Shown piece by piece: positions 21,052 through 32,680 of a DNA stretch of 55,693 nucleotides (within the stretch, counting starts at the first letter, position 1; every line of letters starts with the position of its first letter). The notes below the pieces were generated by a model, which was not told the DNA's origin, ran no database searches, and was given only the letters and a program-made list of their open reading frames with translations. The DNA comes from an uncultured bacterium (lineage in GTDB: Bacteria; Actinomycetota; Coriobacteriia; Coriobacteriales; Coriobacteriaceae). The stretch is taken from positions 1 to 55,693 of the forward strand of contig CAJMRR010000001.1 of the NCBI GenBank assembly GCA_905215835.1, in the 5' to 3' direction. The position numbers and the translations under genes were made by a program.

Positions 21052-21765
21052 CTAATAGTTGTAGGTATATCCGCCGGCGTCGCCGCGGGTAAAAGACTTG
21101 GCATGCTCGATTGCCTGCCCACTCGAGTCATAGGTCAGGCCTTCCAGCACGAGCGCCAGATCGCCCGGCTCAAGATTGAGCAAACTCGCATCGCGTGCGC
21201 CCAGCGCCTCGATATCGAGTTTCTCTACCGACTGATCTGGCTTGCGTCCCAACATATCGTAGGTCTCGAACAGGCTGAAGACCGAAATGTCCACGTCTTC
21301 GATGCCCGGAAACAGCAGGCACGGAATCAGTGTCATCTCGATCGATACGGGCTCACCATCGATGCAGTTGAGGCGGCGCACCGAGTAAAGCAGATCGTCC
21401 TCGGCGATGCCAAACAAGTCGGCATAATACGGGCCGGCGTAGCGTTTGGAGCGCGCCAGGATGCGCACCGACGGCGTCGCGCCCGATGCCAAAACCGACT
21501 GGCGGAAGCCGCCCTTGCGTTCGTGCTCGTCAAACCACTTGTGTCCCACAAAGGCGCCTTTGCCCTGCACGCGACGAATCTGGCCACTTTTGACCAGCTC
21601 GTCCATGGCGCTTCGGATTGTCAGGCGTGTCGTGCCAAACTCCTCGGCCAGCTCGTTTTCGGACGGAATCATCGAGCCCGTCGGGTAGTCGCCGCGCTCG
21701 ATTCGCTCCGCAATGCAGCGGCGAATTTGTTTGTAAACCGGCAAGTCTTCTACTGCATCAGCCAT
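21052..21765 (-). CDS. GntR/HutC (UTRA) transcriptional regulator
   Basis: IPSENELAEEFGTTRLTIR..L..G...RVQGKGAFV HTH plus UTRA domain. Confidence 0.93.
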   Translation of the reverse strand: MADAVEDLPVYKQIRRCIAERIERGDYPTGSMIPSENELAEEFGTTRLTIRSAMDELVKSGQIRRVQGKGAFVGHKWFDEHERKGGFRQSVLASGATPSVRILARSKRYAGPYYADLFGIAEDDLLYSVRRLNCIDGEPVSIEMTLIPCLLFPGIEDVDISVFSLFETYDMLGRKPDQSVEKLDIEALGARDASLLNLEPGDLALVLEGLTYDSSGQAIEHAKSFTRGDAGGYTYNY

Positions 21766-22517
21766 TCGACACCCACCTTCGTCGCAACGCCGTCTGCCTC
21801 GCCGTTATCGGCAAAACGATACTTGGTCGGCAGAATCACGGACTTGCAATACTCGACAAAGCCATCGTTCTCGTCACGCTCGTGCGAAGCCTTGTAAAAC
21901 ACCGGCGTGCCCTCCTGAGCACCCAGCAACTTGGCCTCGTCGGCGTTCAGACGGCTGATGGAAATATGCTCCTTGCCGTGCGCCACATGGACATTCCCCT
22001 CTTTGAGCAAAACGTCGTAGAGGCTTTCCTGCTCAAAATCGTGATCGGGAAGCGAGGGGCACAAAGACAGATTGACGTGAGCCGTCTCGATCGATGCCGG
22101 GGAACCGTTGACCACACGCACGCGCCGAATGCAGAAGAGCGGCATGCCCAGGTCGATCTGGGTTTTTTGGGCAAGATCGATATCGGCATACACGACCTTG
22201 GACCAAACCAGGCGCGCGGTCGACTTTGAGCCAACCCTCTCCACCGCCTGCGTATAGTTCCATGTTTCCTGAAAGATGTTCAGCGGTTTGGGAGGACACA
22301 CATAGGTGCCCGAACCGCGGCGGCTTTCCAAAGTTCCGCACGAAATAAGGCGCGTGATCGCAGCACGCAACGCCGTGCGCGACACGCCCAGCTCTTCACA
22401 GAGCACACGCTCGGCGGGCAGCCGGTCGCCACTCTGCAGGTCATAATGTTTGATATACCAAAGAATGCCCTCAAAGGCGCGATCTTTGGGCGGAATCGCA
22501 TATGGTTCACTCGACAT
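21750..22517 (-). CDS. GntR/HutC (UTRA) transcriptional regulator
   Basis: LPAERVLCEELGVSRTALR...RRGSGTYV plus UTRA domain; ATG 22517 with AGGAG. Confidence 0.93.
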   Translation of the reverse strand: MSSEPYAIPPKDRAFEGILWYIKHYDLQSGDRLPAERVLCEELGVSRTALRAAITRLISCGTLESRRGSGTYVCPPKPLNIFQETWNYTQAVERVGSKSTARLVWSKVVYADIDLAQKTQIDLGMPLFCIRRVRVVNGSPASIETAHVNLSLCPSLPDHDFEQESLYDVLLKEGNVHVAHGKEHISISRLNADEAKLLGAQEGTPVFYKASHERDENDGFVEYCKSVILPTKYRFADNGEADGVATKVGVEWLMQ

Positions 22518-22552
22518 GGGCAAGACTCCTCAACCGTTTGATGCTGCAGGAA

Positions 22553-23044
22553 TCATTGCTCCGGACGCCTCATGGCGTCGAAGGCTTCTTTGATCTGCTC
22601 CGCAACGTTCCGATACGACCGATATAGGCCGGAGTCTCGCTTGACTTCGCCCGCGGTCACCGGAATCTCAAGCTTCGAAATCTCATCCTTGCCGGTTTGC
22701 ACGGCAACGATGACACCCATACCAAGGCACATATTACGCTTGGCAGCGTTGTTTTTGGTAGCCTGAGCTGGATTAATCAAAATCTGCTGAGCCAGTTCGC
22801 GTTTGCTGAGCTCCGGCACATCCTCGGGATTTCCGGTCTCGGCAATCTCGCACTGCAGCACATCCGCATAGTCAAAAATCTTCGGCTCGCCGCCGCGCTG
22901 ATGCACGGCCCACTTGCGGCGCGTGGCATCCTGGTAGATAGCCGGCAAAAACGTAAACCGCGGTGGGTCCAAAATCGTATCCGTGATGGTAAACACATCG
23001 GGATCAAAGGCATCCTGCGGGTTTTTCTTCTTGAACAGCCCCAT
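22553..23044 (-). CDS. Hypothetical protein
   Basis: 163-aa ORF with GGGAGG RBS and extended -10 TGCTATATT upstream; no family recognised. Confidence 0.7.
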   Translation of the reverse strand: MGLFKKKNPQDAFDPDVFTITDTILDPPRFTFLPAIYQDATRRKWAVHQRGGEPKIFDYADVLQCEIAETGNPEDVPELSKRELAQQILINPAQATKNNAAKRNMCLGMGVIVAVQTGKDEISKLEIPVTAGEVKRDSGLYRSYRNVAEQIKEAFDAMRRPEQ

Positions 23045-23165
23045 ATCAGCCTCCCGTACTAGCATTAAACAACTCAAGCCGAATATAGCACCAATTTCAA
23101 GCCACCGCTTTACCGCATCGGTGCGCGGCGTCTATAGCTCGCCCAGCGGAAGAGTTCACGGACGA

Positions 23166-23238
23166 GGGCCGGGGTGCCTGCCTTGTTTTGAGAAGTGGGC
23201 TCCGCGAACTTCTCAAAACAAGGCAGGCACCCCGGCCC
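23166..23238. repeat. Perfect 31-bp inverted repeat (11-nt loop)
   Basis: GGGCCGGGGTGCCTGCCTTGTTTTGAGAAGT and its reverse complement. Confidence 0.9.
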
Positions 23239-23292
23239 CGCCGGTAAATAGCGGACACTCCGCATACAATCTATGCAAACAAACAAGTACGC

Positions 23293-24321
23293 TTAGCTAC
23301 ATTCGGTAAGATCGAGCACGCTGCCCTTCACGATAAGCGCCGGCTCCAGAACGACTTCTTCGGCACGCCTGCCGCCCCTACCGGCAAGACGCTTGGACAT
23401 GCAGCCAAAAGCATGCTCCGCGAGGATACCTGGATCCTGCTCAATCGCGGTCAGCGCCGGCTCAAAGAGAACGTCGGCGGCCGAGTTGTCGTAACTCACC
23501 ACCGAGATGTCGCCCGGGATGCTCTTCCCCATCTCGTGCAAGCGCTTGAGCAGACCGAGGGCGATGTTATCCGAGCTTGCGAACACAGCGGTAGCATCAG
23601 TTGCGAGCACCGCCTCCGAGGCCTCGTAGGCACTCGGAATGTAGTACTCGCTCTCAAACTCCAAACGTGCGTCGATAGGCAGGCCAACCTCGCGCAGCGC
23701 GCGCTCATAGCCGGCAAGTCGCTTACGCCCCGTATTGGAACGGCGCGCGTTAACCAAGCAGGCAATGCGACGGTGACCCTGCTCGATCAGATAGCGAGTG
23801 GCCATGTAGCCACCCATCTCGTGGTCGAACATCACCTTGTCGCACTCGAGCCCCTCAATGGCACGGTCGACCATCACGGCAGGGATAGGCAGATGGCTGA
23901 CTTCTTCGCGCAGGGCGCGGTCGTCGGAGAACTCGTCGCCCACAACCAGGAAGACACCATCAACGCCGCGCGTTACCAGCTGGCGCAGCAGCTCCAGATC
24001 GTCATCGGCGCTTCCACCCGAGCTGGTAATGAAGAGCGCATAGCCATCCTCGCGGCAGCGCTTTTCCAGGCTACCGGCGAGCGAGGCAAAAAAGCGGCTC
24101 TCGATGTTAGGGACGATAAGGCCCAGCGTGCGCGACTCGCGCATGACCAGACTACGCGCAATCTGGTTAGGAACATAGTGGTTGCGCGCCGCGACCTCCT
24201 TGATGAGTTTGCGGTTTTCTTCCGAGATGCGACAGGGCCGATTATTGAGCACAAGCGAGACCGACGAGGGGGAAAGCCCCACCTCCTGGGCGATCTGCTT
24301 GAGGGTGACTTTGTTGGCCAT
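23293..24321 (-). CDS. LacI-family transcriptional regulator
   Basis: TLKQIAQEVGLSPSSVSLVLN, YVPNQIARSL, IPGDISVVSYD. Confidence 0.96.
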   Translation of the reverse strand: MANKVTLKQIAQEVGLSPSSVSLVLNNRPCRISEENRKLIKEVAARNHYVPNQIARSLVMRESRTLGLIVPNIESRFFASLAGSLEKRCREDGYALFITSSGGSADDDLELLRQLVTRGVDGVFLVVGDEFSDDRALREEVSHLPIPAVMVDRAIEGLECDKVMFDHEMGGYMATRYLIEQGHRRIACLVNARRSNTGRKRLAGYERALREVGLPIDARLEFESEYYIPSAYEASEAVLATDATAVFASSDNIALGLLKRLHEMGKSIPGDISVVSYDNSAADVLFEPALTAIEQDPGILAEHAFGCMSKRLAGRGGRRAEEVVLEPALIVKGSVLDLTECS

Positions 24322-24504
24322 CTCGCTCCTTCCGGGTTTACGCGCAATCTCTTGAAAGTATAGCGACTACCCCTCTACCTCGGTGATAAACACTTTACCA
24401 ATCCGGTAGACGGCTGTTTTATCGCCGCCAGCGCACCAAATCCGTCCGGGTGGGGTATATTGCAATCGATTGATGACAACGACCACCAAAAGGCGGATAT
24501 TCGT

Positions 24505-25431
24505 ATGCACGAGAACGACTTTTTTAACGAGGACCTGCTGTGCGCGCTTGCTGGCGTTGCCGGCGAGGACAACGTGCTGATGAGCGAGCCCATGCGCGAG
24601 CACACCACGTTTAAGATCGGCGGCCCGGCCGACGTCTTTGTCACGCCCGATACCGAGCAGGGCCTCGTCGCCACGCTCGACACCTGTTATCGCTGCGACC
24701 TGCCGCTCACCATCGTGGGCAACGGCTCCGACCTGCTCGTCGGCGACAAGGGTATCCGCGGCGTTGTCGTGGCGCTGAGCAAGGGCCTCTCCGACATTAC
24801 GGTCGACGGCACGCATGTCACGGCGGCAGCCGGTGCCTTGCTTACCGGCATGGAGCCCATCTCGGGCATCCCCGGATCGGTCGGCGGCGCCTGCTACATG
24901 AACGCCGGTGCCTACGGTGCCTGCATGGCCGATGTGCTGGAGTCCGTGCGCGTCTACAAACCCGCTCGCCAGCTCGACGACGGCACCCGCGGTAGCGGCA
25001 ACATCATCGAATTCGATGTCGACGAGCTCAACCTGGGCTATCGCAAGAGCCGCATCGCCGACGACGGCTTTATCGTGCTTTCGGCCACTTTCAATCTCGC
25101 CCCGGGCAACGCCGCGATGATCAAGGCCGACATGGACGACTACCGTCAGCGCCGCGAGGACAAGCAACCGCTCGACATGCCGAGTGCCGGCTCCACCTTC
25201 AAGCGCCCCGAGGGTTACTTTGCCGGCAAGCTCATCATGGATGCCGGCCTGCGAGGACACGCCGTTGGCGGCGCGCAGGTAAGCGAAAAGCACTGCGGTT
25301 TTATCGTCAACGCCAACCACGCCACCGCCGCCGACGTTGACGAACTCATCCGCCACATCCAAACAACCGTCAAAGGCCAATTCGACGTAGACCTAGAACC
25401 CGAAGTCCACCGAGTAGGCGAATTCCTCTAA
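24505..25431 (+). CDS. murB: UDP-N-acetylenolpyruvoylglucosamine reductase (apparent short in-frame deletion)
   Basis: HTTFKIGGPA, GNGSDLL, GIPGSVGG..MNAGAYG, PSAGSTFKRP, LEPEV. Confidence 0.93.
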   Translation: MHENDFFNEDLLCALAGVAGEDNVLMSEPMREHTTFKIGGPADVFVTPDTEQGLVATLDTCYRCDLPLTIVGNGSDLLVGDKGIRGVVVALSKGLSDITVDGTHVTAAAGALLTGMEPISGIPGSVGGACYMNAGAYGACMADVLESVRVYKPARQLDDGTRGSGNIIEFDVDELNLGYRKSRIADDGFIVLSATFNLAPGNAAMIKADMDDYRQRREDKQPLDMPSAGSTFKRPEGYFAGKLIMDAGLRGHAVGGAQVSEKHCGFIVNANHATAADVDELIRHIQTTVKGQFDVDLEPEVHRVGEFL

Positions 25432-25457
25432 AAAAGAAGGCCCCGAAAGGGGCCTTC
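25430..25457. terminator. Terminator hairpin between convergent murB and hydrolase genes
   Basis: GAAGGCCCC-GAAA-GGGGCCTTC with A-tract on the left (T-tract on minus strand). Confidence 0.75.
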
Positions 25458-25509
25458 GCCATATTTATTCAGATAACCCAGTCCGGTGTGTGACGCATTG
25501 GACCCGAGA

Positions 25510-25640
25510 GGTCCGTGGCTGCCCGAAAGGCATTAGGTTGATCGCGAGTTCCGCACGAGCCGGAGAGCACTTAATGTGCTCTCCGTACGAGCAGGACTGT
25601 CCGAGCAGGCAACCTAATGCCTTTCGGGCAGCCACGGACC
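25510..25640 (+). repeat. Core-plus-variable-arm palindromic element, copy A
   Basis: 31-bp perfect arms around 69-nt core ATCGCGAGTTCCGCACG...CACTTAATGTG...CAGGACTGT..GAGCAGG. Confidence 0.9.
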
Positions 25641-25659
25641 AACTTACTTCAAACCGCAG

Positions 25660-26856
25660 CTACGACAGCGCAATACCGCCAAGCCAGCCCCAACGCACGC
25701 CAGAGCCAGTGCCATAGAAGCTAATAAACGAATCGAGCGACTTAGACGTAATGGCACCCTCGTTGCTCATAACGATGCCGCCGCCAACGTAGATACCCAC
25801 ATGACCGTAGATGAGGCCCGGAGCACCCGTGCCGCTGTGCGAGGAATCGGCCACGATCATGCCCACCTGCAGCGCCGAGCGGTCGGAGCTATAGCACCAT
25901 GCGTTAAACATATCGCATGCGTTACCGCCAAAGTAGCCAACGCCGGCGTTACGGAAGACATTGGTAACCCACGCCGCGCACCAGTTCTGACCCGGCGAAG
26001 GCGTGGAGTAGCACGCGTTGACGACGGCCTGCTGTTTGCCCGAGCCGGCATTCTGTTGCGGGGTTCCGGGCGCATACGATCCGCCACCCGAGCTTGAACC
26101 ACCCGAGTAGGAATTGTTCTTGTTCGCGGCAGCGGCAGCCTTCCTAGCGGCCTCCTCAGCCTGGGCGGCAGCGAGGATCTCGGAATCGCGCTGAGCCATG
26201 AGCTCCTTGACGTCGTCGGAAAGACCGTTCAGCACGGTCTGGACTTCTTGCTGCTTGGCCTGCATATCCTGCATCTGAGCCGTCTGCTGGTCCTTGAGTT
26301 TTTCCAGGTCGGCCTTTTGTGCTTCGAGCTCGGTCTTCTGTGCGTCGAGCTCAGCCTGAATCGTCTGGATATCCTCGATGGCATCGCGGTCGCTCTTGTT
26401 GATCTTCTCAACGTAATGCGCGTTGGCGACGAGTTCCTCAAACGAGCCAGAGGCCAGCAGCAGCGACAGGATGTTCGTGCCGCCGGACTTGTAGCTGGCG
26501 GCCACGCGATCGGAAAGGTCGTTGCGCTTCTTCTTGAGCTCGGCCTTCTTTTCATCGATCTGGGCCTGCGTGCCGTCAATCTTGCCCTGGACATTCTCGA
26601 TGTCGTTGAGGGTCTGGGCATTCTTGTTGGCCAGCGCCGCATACTCATTTGCGATGCTGTCGAGCTGGGCCTGAACCTCGTCGAGCTGGGCCTGGGCGGC
26701 ATTCAGTTTATCGGTGGTTTCTTTGGAAGCCTCCGCCGCATGGGCGCGAGCGGGCAGGCCAAAAAGAACTGCCGCAGAAGCGGCGCCGAACAGGGCCTTG
26801 AGGGCAGTGCGACGCGAGAGCTCCTGAGAAAGGATGGAATCGCTGTTTGGTGACAT
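25660..26856 (-). CDS. Secreted coiled-coil peptidoglycan hydrolase (PcsB/CwlO-like, CHAP/NlpC-type Cys-His domain)
   Basis: Twin-arginine signal SRRTALK..AHA, long coiled coil, C-terminal WCAAWV and GHVGIY. Confidence 0.8.
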   Translation of the reverse strand: MSPNSDSILSQELSRRTALKALFGAASAAVLFGLPARAHAAEASKETTDKLNAAQAQLDEVQAQLDSIANEYAALANKNAQTLNDIENVQGKIDGTQAQIDEKKAELKKKRNDLSDRVAASYKSGGTNILSLLLASGSFEELVANAHYVEKINKSDRDAIEDIQTIQAELDAQKTELEAQKADLEKLKDQQTAQMQDMQAKQQEVQTVLNGLSDDVKELMAQRDSEILAAAQAEEAARKAAAAANKNNSYSGGSSSGGGSYAPGTPQQNAGSGKQQAVVNACYSTPSPGQNWCAAWVTNVFRNAGVGYFGGNACDMFNAWCYSSDRSALQVGMIVADSSHSGTGAPGLIYGHVGIYVGGGIVMSNEGAITSKSLDSFISFYGTGSGVRWGWLGGIALS

Positions 26857-27122
26857 ATGTACTCCGTTACATGCTTATTTATATGTCGCTCAACTCATAC
26901 ATATTAGCGTACATATGGCGCGTCCCAACGATTTCCACGAACGGCAGGAAACTGCAAGGTCGGCGGCTCGTAAGCAAGTGCCAAAGATCAGGTTATGCGT
27001 ACGCAAGCTCTTCTATGAGTACGTTAGCACAATCCTCTGCTTTTCCTACAGCGCACGATTTGGGCGTCCCTGCCTGCGCTATACTCCCCTGAAGAAGTGT
27101 TCCTGATTCGATAGGAGACTAC

Positions 27123-28184
27123 ATGTCCAAAGCACTCGACCCCAAAGACACCTGCGTCCTCGTTACCGGTGGCGCCGGCTTTATCGGCTCGCACACCGTC
27201 GTTCAGCTGCTCGAGGGTGGCTACCAGGTCGTCATCGTCGATGATCTCTCCAACTCCAGCGCCGTCGCCGTCGACCGCGTCAAGACCATCGTGGGCGACG
27301 AGGCCGCCAAGAACCTCACCTTCTACGAGGCCAACGTGCTCGACCGCGATGCGATGAACAAGATCTTCGATACCCATCAGATCGACCGCGTCATCCACTT
27401 TGCCGGCTTTAAGGCCGTCGGCGAGTCGGTGAGCAAGCCCGTCGAGTACTACCACAACAACATCGAGAACACCCTGGTGCTCATCGACGTCATGCGCAAC
27501 CATGGCTGCAAGTCCATCATCTTCTCGAGCTCCTCGACCGTCTACGGCGACCCGGACAACCCGCCCGTCACCGAGGAGGATCCTAAGAAGCCCGCGACCA
27601 ACCCCTATGGTTGGACCAAGTGGATGATCGAGCAGATCCTTATGGACGTCCACACCGCCGACCCCGAGTGGGACGTCGTGCTGCTCCGTTACTTCAACCC
27701 CATCGGCGCTCATCCGTCGGGCCTGATCGGCGAGGACCCCAAGGGCATCCCCAACAACCTGGTGCCCTATGTCGCCCAGGTCGCCGTGGGCAAGCTCGAG
27801 GCCGTTCAGGTCTTTGGCAACGACTACCCCACCCCCGACGGCACCGGCGTGCGCGACTACATCCACGTGTGCGATCTGGCCTCTGGTCACGTTGCCGCCC
27901 TTAACTGGATGAACGGCAAGACCGGCGTCGAGATCTTTAACCTGGGCACCGGCACCGGCACCTCGGTACTCGAGGTCGTCGCCGCCTTCTCCAAGGCTTG
28001 TGGCAAGGAGCTGCCCTACGTGATCCGCGAGCGCCGCGCCGGCGACATCGCTGCCAACTGGTGCGATGCCTCCAAGGCCGAGCGCATGATGGGCTGGAAG
28101 GCCCAGTACGACATCGCGGACATGTGCCGCGATAGCTGGAACTGGCAGAGCCACAACCCCAACGGCTTCGCCGACGCCGAGTAG
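27123..28184 (+). CDS. galE: UDP-glucose 4-epimerase
   Basis: TGGAGFIGSH, HFAGFKAVGES, YGWTK, LRYFNP, RDYIHV. Confidence 0.97.
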   Translation: MSKALDPKDTCVLVTGGAGFIGSHTVVQLLEGGYQVVIVDDLSNSSAVAVDRVKTIVGDEAAKNLTFYEANVLDRDAMNKIFDTHQIDRVIHFAGFKAVGESVSKPVEYYHNNIENTLVLIDVMRNHGCKSIIFSSSSTVYGDPDNPPVTEEDPKKPATNPYGWTKWMIEQILMDVHTADPEWDVVLLRYFNPIGAHPSGLIGEDPKGIPNNLVPYVAQVAVGKLEAVQVFGNDYPTPDGTGVRDYIHVCDLASGHVAALNWMNGKTGVEIFNLGTGTGTSVLEVVAAFSKACGKELPYVIRERRAGDIAANWCDASKAERMMGWKAQYDIADMCRDSWNWQSHNPNGFADAE

Positions 28185-28206
28185 CAAAAACCTACATACC
28201 GCTCTT

Positions 28207-28240
28207 GCCCCGATCTCACGTTGTGAGGTCGGGGCTTTTT
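28207..28240 (+). terminator. galE terminator
   Basis: GCCCCGATCTCAC/GTGAGGTCGGGGC + T5. Confidence 0.85.
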
Positions 28241-28295
28241 CATGGCATGTAGCCATTCGCCGAAAATCGACCAACTTTTTTATCTTGCCTGTACA

Positions 28296-28319
28296 TGTTT
28301 AAACAACATGTTTTACAAT
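28296..28319 (+). promoter_or_regulatory. malQ promoter -10 (TACAAT 28314-28319) with TGTTTAAACA operator
   Basis: Palindrome 28296-28305 of GntR/HutC GTnTAnAC type, repeated at 37155, 37230, 38127, 38249. Confidence 0.65.
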
Positions 28320-28404
28320 AGGCGTATCAGATCAGAACATCGGAGGCGGACTGCACATCCATCGGCAGGCCGACCCCACAACAAGAAGGTTGGTGAGCGC
28401 ATTC

Positions 28405-29910
28405 ATGGAGCGTGCAAGCGGCGTCCTCATGCCCGTCTCATCTCTGCCCGGACCATACGGAATCGGCGGCTTTGGCTGGAATGCCTACGACTTCGTCGAT
28501 TTTCTCGCCTCGTGCAAACAACATTACTGGCAGATTCTGCCCCTTACGACGACCAGCTATGGCGATTCGCCCTATCAGTCGTTCTCGGCCCGCGCTGGCA
28601 ACCCCAACTTTATCGACTTTGCCGAGCTTATCGAGGCAAGGTATCTGGAGCAGCGCGATATCGATGGCGTGTATCTGGGATCCGACCCCAGCAATGTCGA
28701 CTACGGTGCTATCTTTGGCGGTCGCCGCCAGATTCTCGACCGTGCCGCCGAACGCTTCGTGTCCAACAAGCCAGCCGATTTCGACGACTTTGTCCAGGCG
28801 AACGAAGACTGGCTCATTCCCTACTGCGAGTTCATGACCGTCAAAGAGGAGTGCGGACTCAAGGCCTTTTGGGAGTGGCCCGCGGAGCTCCGCACCCGCG
28901 GCGAGGCTTCCGCCAAGGTCTGCGCCGACCATCCGGCGCGTATGCTCTACCACCAGATGACGCAGTACTTCTTCGATCGCCAGTGGAGCCGCCTCAAGGC
29001 CTATGCCAACGAGCGCGACATCCTGATCATCGGTGACCTGCCCATCTACGTCTCGCGCGACTCCGTCGAGATGTGGGCAAGCCCCGAGCTCTTTAAGATC
29101 GACGCCGCCGGCAATCCCGTGAGCGTCGCCGGCACGCCGCCCGACCAGTTCTCGGCCACCGGCCAGTACTGGGGCAACCCCATCTACGACTGGGACGCCA
29201 TGGAGTCCGACGGCTTCTCCTGGTGGGAGGGCCGCATTCGCGCCGCCCTCGACATGTACGACGTCATCCGCCTGGATCACTTCCGCGGCTTCGAGGCCTA
29301 TTGGGAGGTGCCGTTCTCCTCGCCCGATTCGTCCTACGGTTCGTGGACGCAGGGTCCCGGCCTCAAGTTCTTCAAGACGCTCGAGGAAAAGCTCGGCACG
29401 CTGCCCATCATCGCCGAGGACCTGGGCTTCCTCACCCCCGGCGTCATCGACATGCGCGACAACTCGGGCTTCCCCGGCATGAAGATCCTGCAGTTTGCCT
29501 TTGAGGGCACCAACTCGTACTACCTGCCGCATAACTACATCGCCAACACCGTCGCCTACGTGGGCACCCACGACAACGAGACGGCGCGCGGCTGGTTTGA
29601 GGGAACGGCCACCCCGCGTCAGCGCGAGCAGACAGCCCTGTACACCCATCAGCAGGCCGGCGAGCCCATCACCGACGCGCTCAACCGAACCATCGCAGCC
29701 AGCGTGAGCGACACGTGCATCTACACCATGCAGGACCTGCTCAACTTGGGCAACGAGGCGCGCATCAACACCCCTGCCACACTGGGCGGCAACTGGACCT
29801 GGCGCATGCTCGACGGCGCCATCACCCGCGAGCTCGAGCACAAACTCACCGACTGGACCGAGACCTACTTCCGCATCCCGTCGGAAGCCGAAATCGAGCT
29901 TCCTCAATAG
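28405..29910 (+). CDS. malQ: 4-alpha-glucanotransferase (amylomaltase, GH77)
   Basis: WQILPL, DSPYQS, GDLPIYV, RLDHFRGF, IAEDLG, GTHDN. Confidence 0.97.
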   Translation: MERASGVLMPVSSLPGPYGIGGFGWNAYDFVDFLASCKQHYWQILPLTTTSYGDSPYQSFSARAGNPNFIDFAELIEARYLEQRDIDGVYLGSDPSNVDYGAIFGGRRQILDRAAERFVSNKPADFDDFVQANEDWLIPYCEFMTVKEECGLKAFWEWPAELRTRGEASAKVCADHPARMLYHQMTQYFFDRQWSRLKAYANERDILIIGDLPIYVSRDSVEMWASPELFKIDAAGNPVSVAGTPPDQFSATGQYWGNPIYDWDAMESDGFSWWEGRIRAALDMYDVIRLDHFRGFEAYWEVPFSSPDSSYGSWTQGPGLKFFKTLEEKLGTLPIIAEDLGFLTPGVIDMRDNSGFPGMKILQFAFEGTNSYYLPHNYIANTVAYVGTHDNETARGWFEGTATPRQREQTALYTHQQAGEPITDALNRTIAASVSDTCIYTMQDLLNLGNEARINTPATLGGNWTWRMLDGAITRELEHKLTDWTETYFRIPSEAEIELPQ

Positions 29911-30038
29911 GAGCTACCGCGCCCGACCCCTCCCCAACGTGCGGACGCGCTTGCTTTTCCCGCGCGAGGCCACCCCAATCCCCTCGCGCGGGCTTCTTAT
30001 GAATTGCAGACATGAAACAACCCATCACAGGAGAAAAC

Positions 30039-32306
<2,268 letters not shown>

Positions 32307-32334
32307 TTTCGCTTCCCTTACCCATCCTCTTGAG

Positions 32335-32367
32335 AAACGGAGCCGCGGCAACGCGGCTCCGTTTTTT
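32335..32367 (+). terminator. glgP terminator
   Basis: AAACGGAGCCGCG/CGCGGCTCCGTTT + T-tract. Confidence 0.85.
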
Positions 32368-32405
32368 GTGCCCCTGTGTTGTCCGTGGCCTGCCTCGACC
32401 AAAAA

Positions 32406-32540
32406 TCTCGACCTGTAACATCTAGCCGACAAAATTGAGTCTACCTGTTACAGATCAAGACGGAAGGACAGGCAGCTCGACGCTGTCTTAATCTGTAACA
32501 TCTAGGCTCAATTTGGCCCTCTACCTGTTACAGTTCGAGA
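32406..32540. repeat. Nested imperfect palindrome built from two 80-bp-spaced units
   Basis: CTGTAACATCTAG at 32413 and 32493; CTACCTGTTACAG at 32441 and 32521; whole region folds back. Confidence 0.85.
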
Positions 32541-32571
32541 CAAACAAACCTACAGACAACCCCGATACAAA

Positions 32572-32612
32572 GAAAGGCTCCCCTCTCGCCCAGTGGACGG
32601 GAGGGGAGCCTT
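32572..32612 (-). terminator. Terminator of ABC operon
   Basis: AAGGCTCCCCTC/GAGGGGAGCCTT stem. Confidence 0.75.
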
Positions 32613-32680
32613 ATATGTGACCGCGGCAAAAGGATGGCAATACCGCAGTCGCCCAAAGGGAGGGCCTGGATGCACCGGGC

